Shown: in pieces, positions 1-6,908 of the stretch | Numbering within the stretch: position 1 is the first letter of the stretch | Layout: the number at the start of each line of letters is the position of its first letter | DNA from: Candidatus Hydrogenedentota bacterium | Lineage (GTDB): Bacteria > Hydrogenedentota > Hydrogenedentia > Hydrogenedentales > SLHB01 | DNA: 12,309 bases | Direction of reading: 5' to 3' | Assembly (NCBI GenBank): GCA_034408725.1 | Contig: JAWXCN010000116.1 | Location: 1-12,309, forward strand | Notes under the pieces: generated by a model | Told to the model about the DNA's origin: nothing | Database searches by the model: none | Seen by the model: only the letters and a program-made list of their open reading frames with translations | Position numbers and translations under genes: made by a program

Positions 1-1
1 A

Positions 2-1531
2 AACCAGATTCTCGTCGATTGCCAGTACATGGGCGGCGGATTCGGATCGAAATTCGACTCGGGACGCTGGGGAAGAATCTGCGTCGAGTACGCGAAGCTG
101 ACCGGCAAACCCATTAAACTCATGCTTGAACGCGATCAGGAACTCATGATCGGCGGCAACCGTCCTTCCGCTTATGCGGACGTAACCGTCGGCGCGTCGA
201 AAGACGGAATGATGACCGTTTGGTCGTCAAGTGCTTGGGGTTCCGGCGGCATGGGCGGCGCGGGCCGTTTGGGCGTGCCCTATGTGTTTGGCAATATTCC
301 GAATCGCCGCACGGTCAGCAAAGGCATCCGCACCAACCGCGGATCGTCCGCGGCATGGCGGGCGCCCGGCCACCCACAGGCCTGTTTGATCACCATGTCG
401 GCGATAGCCGATCTCGCCGCGGAACTGAAGATGGACGAACTCGAGTTCTTCCTCAAGAACGCTTCGCTAACGGCCCTTCCGCAGGTATATACGGATGAGT
501 TGAAGATTGCCGCGGACTTGATTGGCTACAAGGACAAGGCCCACCTTCGCACGGCGCTCACCGAAGGCACGCTCAAGCGCGGCCTCGGCATTGGCATCCA
601 CACCTGGGGCGGCATTGGAAACGATTCGCAATGCGAATGTGTCATCAATCCCGACGGCGCTGTCAGCGTATCGACCGGCACGCAGGACCTCGGCGTAGGC
701 ACGCGCACAGCGGTTGGCATCGTTGCCGCGGAGACCTTGGGTTTGCCGCTCGAGAAGATTCAGGTGAACATTGGAAAGAATACGTACCCGCCATCCGGAG
801 CGTCAGGCGGCTCCACCACGATCGGCGGTGTCTCAGCTTCTACCCGTGAAGCCGCCACAAATGCGTTGAACGCATTACTCGAAAAAGCCGCGCCTGCATT
901 GGGTGTCGCAGCCGATCAACTCGAAGCGCGCGACGGCAAAATTCAGGTTGCCGGCACACCGGCAAAGTCATTGCCCTGGGCCAAGGCTTGTAGCCTGCTT
1001 GGCCAAATGCCGGTAAGCGGTCGTGGCGAGAACAAGCGCGGCAAAGGCGTCAGCGACGGCACCGTGCTCGACAATCAGGGCGTCGGAGGCGTGCAAATCG
1101 CCGATGTTTCTGTTGATGTCGAAACCGGGCAGGTTTTCATCAACGAGTTTGTCGCGGTCCAGGATTGCGGCCTTATCGTTGACATGAAGACGGCGGAGAG
1201 CCAGGTGTTCGGCGCGCTCATCATGGGGGTCACGTACGCGTTGTTCGAGGAATGCATTTACGACAACACGACCGGCCGAATGTTGAACGCAGACCTCGAA
1301 TTCTATCGTCTCGCCACGCTTGCAGATGTCGGCACGCTTAAGGTTCATATGATGACGGGACCCGGCTACGACGATCGCGGCGTCATCGGTTTGGGCGAAC
1401 CGCCGGTCATTGCTCCGGGCGCGGCGATCTCGAATGCCGTCGCAAACGCCATCGGCGTGCGCGTGCCCACACTGCCGTTGACGCCAGACAAGGTGCTTGC
1501 GGCGCTCGAACAAGGAGGGAAGATCGCATGA
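2..1531 (+). CDS. Xanthine dehydrogenase family molybdopterin-binding subunit (PaoC/YagR-like), 5'-truncated by the window edge
   Basis: Frame is open from base 2 (NQILVDCQYMGGGFGSK...), so the ATG at 29 is internal. Family motifs: MGGGFGSK, WRAPGHPQ, GTQDLGVG, GASGGSTT, VDVETGQV, AVQDCG, ESQVFGALIMG, and GLGEPP with the catalytic Glu followed by AISNAVANAIG. Stop TGA overlaps the next ATG (ATGA 1528-1531). Confidence 0.95.
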   Translation, partial: NQILVDCQYMGGGFGSKFDSGRWGRICVEYAKLTGKPIKLMLERDQELMIGGNRPSAYADVTVGASKDGMMTVWSSSAWGSGGMGGAGRLGVPYVFGNIPNRRTVSKGIRTNRGSSAAWRAPGHPQACLITMSAIADLAAELKMDELEFFLKNASLTALPQVYTDELKIAADLIGYKDKAHLRTALTEGTLKRGLGIGIHTWGGIGNDSQCECVINPDGAVSVSTGTQDLGVGTRTAVGIVAAETLGLPLEKIQVNIGKNTYPPSGASGGSTTIGGVSASTREAATNALNALLEKAAPALGVAADQLEARDGKIQVAGTPAKSLPWAKACSLLGQMPVSGRGENKRGKGVSDGTVLDNQGVGGVQIADVSVDVETGQVFINEFVAVQDCGLIVDMKTAESQVFGALIMGVTYALFEECIYDNTTGRMLNADLEFYRLATLADVGTLKVHMMTGPGYDDRGVIGLGEPPVIAPGAAISNAVANAIGVRVPTLPLTPDKVLAALEQGGKIA

Positions 1532-2502
1532 ACGCGTTTGAATATGCCATGCCAAAGAGTGTTGATGAGGCCATTTCGCTGTTGAGCGACAAGCCCGGTG
1601 AATCCCAGGTCATGGCCGGCGGCACTGACCTTGTCACCGCGCTGAAACAGGGAATCGTCACGCCGAAACGGGTCGTAAGCCTGCGCCACATTGACGAACT
1701 GAATTCGATTCAGACCGCGGACGGTCAACTTCGCATCGGCGCGATGACCGCGCTGGACGACATTGCAGCCAACGAAACGGTGCAGAAAAGTTTCCCCGCG
1801 ATCATCAGTGCGATCAAGGGCATCGGCAGCCAGCAAATCACTTCTATCGGTACGATCGGCGGCGACCTGTGCCAACTTCCGCGCGATTGGTATTTCCGTT
1901 CCGGGTTCGGCCTAGTTGCGCAACTCGATGGCAAAGACCTGATCGCGGACGGCGATAACCGGTACCACGCCATATTCGGAAATGACGGCCCTGCGAAGTT
2001 CGTGAATGCGTCGATTCTCGCGCCCGCGCTCATTGCGTTGGGTGCGAAGGCGACCGTGCGCGGGGCCAGCGGCGCGACGCGCGACATCGCGCTCGAGGAG
2101 TTGTTTCACGCGCCGCAAAAATCCGAGGAGGGCAATACAACGCTCGCCGCAAATGAAATCGTCACCAGCATCGTGATTCCCGTTGGCGCGAAGAAGAACG
2201 CGCTCTATTTCGTCAAACCGCGGCACGGTCTCGACTGGCCGCTCGTCGCGGCGGCCGTCGCCTACGACGTCGAAGGTGGCAATGCGAAGAACGTGCGTAT
2301 CGTACTTGGGCATGTAGCGCCGACACCGTGGCTTTCCGAGTCTGCCGCGAAGGCGCTCGAAGGGGCGGTGCTGAACGAAGAAACAGCGGCCAAAGCCGGC
2401 AACGCTTCCGCCGAAGGCGCGTCTCCGCTCAGCCGCAACGCCTACAAAGTCCAGTTGACCAAGGTCGCCGTAAAGCGAGCCATCCTCGCAACGATCGCAT
2501 AA
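1528..2502 (+). CDS. Xanthine dehydrogenase family FAD-binding subunit (PaoB/YagS-like), 324 aa
   Basis: FEYxxPxSVDEA N-terminus, AGGTDL FAD motif, LRIGAM, GTIGGDLCQ, WYFR...NRYHAIFG, RIVLGHVAPTPW, PLSRNAYKV. AAGGAGG RBS upstream; ATGA translational coupling to the Mo subunit. Confidence 0.93.
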   Translation: MNAFEYAMPKSVDEAISLLSDKPGESQVMAGGTDLVTALKQGIVTPKRVVSLRHIDELNSIQTADGQLRIGAMTALDDIAANETVQKSFPAIISAIKGIGSQQITSIGTIGGDLCQLPRDWYFRSGFGLVAQLDGKDLIADGDNRYHAIFGNDGPAKFVNASILAPALIALGAKATVRGASGATRDIALEELFHAPQKSEEGNTTLAANEIVTSIVIPVGAKKNALYFVKPRHGLDWPLVAAAVAYDVEGGNAKNVRIVLGHVAPTPWLSESAAKALEGAVLNEETAAKAGNASAEGASPLSRNAYKVQLTKVAVKRAILATIA

Positions 2503-2507
2503 TCCGC

Positions 2508-2553
2508 GGGACAGCCACCGCCAGCGCCTCAAAGCGCTGGCGGTGGCTGTCCC
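2508..2553. repeat. Perfect 20-bp inverted repeat (REP-like intergenic hairpin)
   Basis: GGGACAGCCACCGCCAGCGC (2508-2527), loop CTCAAA, exact reverse complement GCGCTGGCGGTGGCTGTCCC (2534-2553). No poly-T tail on either strand. Confidence 0.85.
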
Positions 2554-2576
2554 CGGTCCACGGTAAGGAGGATTGC

Positions 2577-2780
2577 ATGGACATTGAATCTCCCGCCTTC
2601 GTCTTCCCGTGCAAACATATACGCTCCAAAGAGATGTACTATCAGTCATCCACGGCGGATGACGATCCGTACGCCAGCGGTATATTCTGGTGCACGCGCA
2701 CGCACGAGACCTTCGGTCCCGACGGTGAACCCGTCGAGAAGTCAGAGTGCCGCTCCGGCCGGCGTTGTTTTGAAGAGTGA
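2577..2780 (+). CDS. Small four-cysteine hypothetical protein, 67 aa
   Basis: Strong RBS AAGGAGG (2565-2571) 5 nt before ATG 2577. MDIESPAFVFPCKHIRSKEMYY...IFWCTRTHETFGPDGEPVEKSECRSGRRCFEE. It is the 3' part of track ORF 2328..2780, whose 5' part overlaps the FAD gene and the hairpin. Confidence 0.8.
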   Translation: MDIESPAFVFPCKHIRSKEMYYQSSTADDDPYASGIFWCTRTHETFGPDGEPVEKSECRSGRRCFEE

Positions 2781-2812
2781 CACAGCAGGGCGCGTGCCAC
2801 CACCGTAGACGC

Positions 2813-2842
2813 TTGCCCCAAACCGGCAAAATCGTCTATGAT
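2813..2842 (+). promoter_or_regulatory. Possible sigma70-type promoter for the DUF1326-like gene
   Basis: TTGCCC (2813-2818), 18-nt spacer, TATGAT (2837-2842), about 50 nt upstream of ATG 2894. Confidence 0.4.
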
Positions 2843-2893
2843 GTGGGTAACGAAAACGCCGCGTTAAACGCGCGCAGTTGGAGGTATGAATTC

Positions 2894-3577
2894 ATGAAAC
2901 GAATCATCGCGATTTCCGCGGTCGCCCTCGTATTCGGCGTCACGATGGCTACATCGCCCGCGAACGCAGCCAAAAGCCTCACGGGCAAATATGTTGAAGC
3001 ACGTTCCTGCGACGTGTTCACGGGTCCCTGCTTTGCAAACGGTGAAGTCGGACTCACCGGTGGCGAAGCCATTCTAACCTGGGCAGTAGACTCCGGTGAA
3101 TGGAACGGCGTATCGCTCGACGGGTTGAACGTCATTGCCGTCGTCGCCGCGGCGCACACGCTTGGCGATCCCTATCGCACCTCGCTTCCCGCCAAGTCCG
3201 TTATGATTGTCGATGAAAAAGCCAGCGCCGATCAGCGGGCCGCGCTGGTTGCCATGGCGAAGTCCCTCGCCGGTGAACTCGTAGCGGACGTCGTGACCGT
3301 AAAAACGGCCGCGATTACGGCGAACATCGGCAACTGCACGGAAACGGGTTGTGCCCGCGTGGAAGCGAAAGACCTGGTGCAGATTTCTACGCGCTGCATC
3401 AACGAAGGCGATCACAAATGCGGTGGCAATGAATCCACGTACTATGAACCGCTTACGAAAGTCTCCTCGCCCATGCCCGCGTTCACGAGTGTCTCCAGCT
3501 ATGCCGGCGACAGCCTCGGCATCACGTGGACGAACGTAGACCGCCGTAGCGCATTCCTGGGTGAATTCGCACTGTAA
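2894..3577 (+). CDS. Secreted DUF1326-like Cys-rich protein, 227 aa
   Basis: GGAGG RBS at 2880-2884, ATG 2894. Signal peptide MKRIIAISAVALVFGVTMATSPANA. Motifs GKYVEARSCDVFTGPCFANGE, GEWNGVSLDGLNV and IVDEKASADQRAAL resemble DUF1326 as recalled. Further Cys in CTETGC and RCINEGDHKCGGNE. Confidence 0.75.
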   Translation: MKRIIAISAVALVFGVTMATSPANAAKSLTGKYVEARSCDVFTGPCFANGEVGLTGGEAILTWAVDSGEWNGVSLDGLNVIAVVAAAHTLGDPYRTSLPAKSVMIVDEKASADQRAALVAMAKSLAGELVADVVTVKTAAITANIGNCTETGCARVEAKDLVQISTRCINEGDHKCGGNESTYYEPLTKVSSPMPAFTSVSSYAGDSLGITWTNVDRRSAFLGEFAL

Positions 3578-3603
3578 CGGCGCCATCGTCAGATTTGCTA
3601 ATC

Positions 3604-3645
3604 GAAACGGGTTCGGTGGCCTGCGGCTCCCGGACCCGTTTCTTT
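3604..3645 (+). terminator. Probable intrinsic terminator after the DUF1326-like gene
   Basis: GAAACGGGTTCGG (3604-3616) pairs with CCGGACCCGTTTC (3630-3642) with one G:U pair; the 3' end runs TTTCTTT. Confidence 0.55.
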
Positions 3646-3700
3646 GAAGAAAATTGCGGCCGGGCTCGTCAGCAATGAATCAAGTGAAAAGGAATTTCCC

Positions 3701-4387
3701 ATGCACCCCACGATGAACACGGGCCGCCTCGCCGGCGCAATCTTGCTCTCCTGTATCGCTGTCAACACATTTGCCGCCGACTTGACCGTAAAAATGGCCG
3801 ATGCGGAACCGCCAACGGAAATCGCCAAGGAATTGCGCGATACCCTATCGAACAAGGCCCTTCAACTCGCGGGCCCAGACGGCACAATCGCCGAATTCTG
3901 GTTCCGCAAGGAGCTTGTGCTGAGCAAAAAACCAGCGACTTCCGAAGAGGCGCTCGAGGCAATGCCCGAGGTTTCGTTTGTCGGCGCGGCAAAATACTCG
4001 AAAGAACGAAATGACTTCCGCGACGACGCCATCGATCCGGGTGTATATACCATGCGCGCCGCGCTTCAACTCAACGACGGCAATCACCTCGGCACCGCGC
4101 CCACGTCGTGGTTCATTCTTCTCGTGCCCCCAAAATATGACACGGCACTTAACGGAATTGATTCCGCGAAAAAGCTGCACGACCGCAGCCGATCCGAAAG
4201 TTCCGCGAACCACCCCTGGTGCATCAACCTGCAACCCGCTCCGGATGCGACTGGCGATTTCCCCAAAACCGGCGAGGTCGATGAGTGGAAGCTGATTTAT
4301 CTGAAACTGCCGGCGACGGTTGAAGGGACCGGAGAGAAGGTGGAAGTGACTTTTGGGTTGGTTTACGAAGGCCACGGCGAGGTTTAG
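3701..4387 (+). CDS. Secreted hypothetical protein, about 228 aa
   Basis: AAAGGA RBS-like sequence before ATG 3701 (alternative ATG 3713). Signal-like GRLAGAILLSCIAVNTFA. Globular body with EFWFRK, NDFRDDAIDPGVYTMR, DGNHLGTAP and NHPWCINL. Confidence 0.8.
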   Translation: MHPTMNTGRLAGAILLSCIAVNTFAADLTVKMADAEPPTEIAKELRDTLSNKALQLAGPDGTIAEFWFRKELVLSKKPATSEEALEAMPEVSFVGAAKYSKERNDFRDDAIDPGVYTMRAALQLNDGNHLGTAPTSWFILLVPPKYDTALNGIDSAKKLHDRSRSESSANHPWCINLQPAPDATGDFPKTGEVDEWKLIYLKLPATVEGTGEKVEVTFGLVYEGHGEV

Positions 4388-4416
4388 CGCGCGACCGGAG
4401 TTCGGGCGGGCCGGAA

Positions 4417-4434
4417 TCGTGCAATTTTTCACAA
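4417..4434. promoter_or_regulatory. Rex-like operator (imperfect palindrome)
   Basis: TCGTGCA-ATTT-TTCACAA against the Rex consensus TTGTGAA-N4-TTCACAA: right half perfect, two mismatches in the left half, AT-rich core. Confidence 0.5.
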
Positions 4435-4458
4435 TTACATCGGTCTCGCTCGTCCAAA

Positions 4459-4487
4459 TTGAACTAATTCCCGCAAATCCGTATACT
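4459..4487 (+). promoter_or_regulatory. Sigma70-type promoter of the lipoprotein-resB-ccsA operon
   Basis: TTGAAC (4459-4464), 17-nt spacer, TATACT (4482-4487), in an AT-rich intergenic region 50 nt upstream of ATG 4538. Confidence 0.65.
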
Positions 4488-4537
4488 TCTAAGGGTCTAT
4501 TGTCTCCATAAATTCCGACGACCCGAAAGGCAGACCA

Positions 4538-5725
4538 ATGCCCCACGTTACACTTTACCTCGTGCGCTCGTGCGCTTTCGCCGCCGTGCTGCTACTGGGC
4601 CTCTCCTGTGGGCAGGAGCAGACCGGTTCTCAGGAAATCACGGAAACGCGGACGCTTACGACACCGGCCGAAGCCCCGCCAGCGAACGTCAGTTCCGCGG
4701 AGCGTCTTGGCATGGTCCGGCAACCCGCAGCCAACGCCGCGGCGCAACCGCGATTCTCCTGGACAACGCCCGATGGATGGACCGAACAGCCTGCGACTGC
4801 GATGCGGGCCATTAATGTCCGCCCCGCTGGCGATCCCAATTCTGAATGTTACTTGACGCTGCTGGACGGTGGTGGCGGCGGTCTCGCAGCGAACGTGAAC
4901 CGTTGGCGCGGCCAGATGGGTTTAGGAGCAATTGATGACGCCGCCGTCGCCGCACTTCTGAAGAAGCCTCTTCTCGGCATGGACGCGACCTATGTCGAGG
5001 TCGAGGGCGTCTACGGTGGTATGAGCGGCCAACAGCAACTGCCAGACTACAAGCTCGCCGGGCTTGTCCTGGCGGCGGGCGACATGGCTGTCTTCGTAAA
5101 AATGACGGGGCCGAAGGCGGTAATAGACCAGGAACTCCCAAAATTCTCTACTTTTTGCGACTCGATCGCAATGGCAGGTCCGGCCACTCCCGAATCGCCA
5201 GCGCCAACACAGGCGCCCGCTGCAACCGCGGGCCCAGCAGACGCTGCGATGCCGGCGGACCAACCACAAATTGTTGAGCCAACGCCAACCACGCAGGCCG
5301 GTTCAGGTCTCACGTGGACCGCACCCGCGGGCTGGACGCAGTCGGCGTCACGCCCCATGCGCGAGGTATCGTTCACCATGGGCGCGGAAGGCAAAACGGA
5401 ATGTTACATGTCGAAACTTGGCAACCGCGGCGGCGGTATTGAACCAAATATCAATCGTTGGGCAGGTCAGATGGGACTCGGACCCCTGACTGCCGAAGAA
5501 ATCGCCGCACTGCCCAAGGTTACGGTGCTGGGCAAGGCAAGTCCGCTTGTCGAATTCCGCGGCAATTATACGGACATGAGTGGCGCGTCCTTTGAGGAAT
5601 ACGTCATGCTGGGAACCATCGCCGAGTCGGGTGATGCCGCCATTTTCGTCAAACTGGTGGGGCCCGCGTCTGATGTTGAGGCAGAGAAATCCAACTTCGT
5701 CAGCTTCTGTGAATCATTGAAGTAA
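4538..5725 (+). CDS. Putative lipoprotein with two tandem homologous domains, 395 aa
   Basis: Lipobox-like LLGLS-C24. Two domains of about 138 aa share WTxPxGW...MR...ECY...GGG...N(V/I)NRWxGQMGL...FVKxxGP...FxxFCxS, separated by a Pro/Ala/Thr-rich linker. Confidence 0.88.
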   Translation: MPHVTLYLVRSCAFAAVLLLGLSCGQEQTGSQEITETRTLTTPAEAPPANVSSAERLGMVRQPAANAAAQPRFSWTTPDGWTEQPATAMRAINVRPAGDPNSECYLTLLDGGGGGLAANVNRWRGQMGLGAIDDAAVAALLKKPLLGMDATYVEVEGVYGGMSGQQQLPDYKLAGLVLAAGDMAVFVKMTGPKAVIDQELPKFSTFCDSIAMAGPATPESPAPTQAPAATAGPADAAMPADQPQIVEPTPTTQAGSGLTWTAPAGWTQSASRPMREVSFTMGAEGKTECYMSKLGNRGGGIEPNINRWAGQMGLGPLTAEEIAALPKVTVLGKASPLVEFRGNYTDMSGASFEEYVMLGTIAESGDAAIFVKLVGPASDVEAEKSNFVSFCESLK

Positions 5726-5729
5726 AAAT

Positions 5730-6908
5730 ATGGGCGCCATGATCAAAAATATCTTTCGTTTTCTCTCCTCCTATGGGTTTGCGTGCGTCATCTTTGTTTT
5801 TCTCCTGTTGCTGACGTTTCTTGGCACGATGGAGCAGGTCGATCATGGCCTGTACGAAGTGCAAAAAAAATACTTCGAGTCCGTGTTCCTGGTGCATTGG
5901 TTGTTTGACGTTGTGCCGATTCCGCTGCCCGGCGTCTATCTGCTCCTGACATTGTTCACGATCAACCTGATCGCAGGCGGCATCATTCGCATCCGGAAGA
6001 GCAAGAGTACGGTGGGAAATCTCATCACCCATTTCGGAATGCTCGTCATGATTTTTGCCGGTTTCGTGAATTACACGTTTGCGCAGGACGGCCACATGAC
6101 CCTCGCCGAGAACGAAGAGTCGGCGGAATTTGTGAGCTATTTCCTTTGGGAAGTCGCCATCTCTCAACCCGTTGACGGTAAAGTTACGACTGAAGCCATT
6201 ATCCCAAACGAGGCGCTCGGATACGCGCCCGAAGGCGAATCGGCCACGTTTACCAAAAACGACCTGCCGTTCGACCTGACCATTTCGGAATTCCACCGCA
6301 ACGTCGAGGTCGTGCCGCCCGCGGTCGATCCGCGGCTAAAACCCGTCGATGGTTTTGCCGTGCGGCCACTGCCCCTCGAGAAAGAAGCCGAGCTCAATAT
6401 TGCCGGCGCCTACGCGCTGGTGAAAGACAAGAAGTCCGGTGAATCACACGAAGCGATCCTGTTTGGCGCGAGCGCAATGCCGTGGACCGTGACGGTAGAG
6501 GGTAAACCGTATCTGATTGACCTGCGCCGAAAACGCTACACGCTGCCGTTCGCAATCGCGCTGGACACCTTTCATCAGGAAACACATCCGGGCACGGACA
6601 TGGCGAGCATGTTCATGAGCGAAGTCACGAAGATCGAGAACGGTGTTGAACAGCCTGTCAAGATTACAATGAACGAACCCCTTCGCCACAAAGGCTTCAC
6701 GTTGTACCAGGCATCCTGGCAACCGGCCCAGCCCGCGCTTGGCATTCCGGAAAAGTCGACGCTGGCCGTTGTTAAGAATCCCTCCGACCGGTGGCCATTG
6801 TACTCGTGCATCATTATTACCTGCGGGCTCTTGCTGCACTTTACCTTGAAGCTTTCGAAATATCTGCGGGCCGAAAACAAGCGGCTCGCGACAAGGAAGG
6901 CCGTATGA
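5730..6908 (+). CDS. resB: ResB/CcsB-like cytochrome c biogenesis protein, 392 aa
   Basis: FRFLSS N-terminus, LLTFLGTMEQ, hydrophobic N-terminal helices with the His in GNLITHFG, periplasmic domain ending ITMNEPLRHKGFTLYQASW, then NPSDRWPLY and a C-terminal TM helix. ATGA overlap with ccsA. Start could be 5739. Confidence 0.85.
   Translation: MGAMIKNIFRFLSSYGFACVIFVFLLLLTFLGTMEQVDHGLYEVQKKYFESVFLVHWLFDVVPIPLPGVYLLLTLFTINLIAGGIIRIRKSKSTVGNLITHFGMLVMIFAGFVNYTFAQDGHMTLAENEESAEFVSYFLWEVAISQPVDGKVTTEAIIPNEALGYAPEGESATFTKNDLPFDLTISEFHRNVEVVPPAVDPRLKPVDGFAVRPLPLEKEAELNIAGAYALVKDKKSGESHEAILFGASAMPWTVTVEGKPYLIDLRRKRYTLPFAIALDTFHQETHPGTDMASMFMSEVTKIENGVEQPVKITMNEPLRHKGFTLYQASWQPAQPALGIPEKSTLAVVKNPSDRWPLYSCIIITCGLLLHFTLKLSKYLRAENKRLATRKAV

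Noticed and set aside
29-31. ATG 29 as the start of the Mo subunit
   Set aside because: The frame is open upstream to base 2 and MGGGFG is an internal family motif; the gene starts before the window.
2328-2576. 5' extension of the 150-aa track ORF
   Set aside because: Overlaps the FAD gene in another frame and crosses the hairpin; the strong RBS points to ATG 2577.
2777-2893. Upstream GTG start for the DUF1326-like gene
   Set aside because: Would bury the signal peptide; GGAGG precedes ATG 2894.
4388-4414. GC-rich stretch after the hypothetical gene as a terminator
   Set aside because: Only short CCGG pairing; no convincing stem with an adjacent U-tract.
5863-5870. A8 tract in resB (and the A-rich run at about 9417-9429) as phase-variation or frameshift sites
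   Set aside because: Both reading frames are intact and the tracts are explained by Gln/Lys codons.
6791-6904. Upstream start of the 736-aa ccsA track ORF
   Set aside because: Overlaps the resB 3' end; the RBS and ATGA coupling favour 6905.
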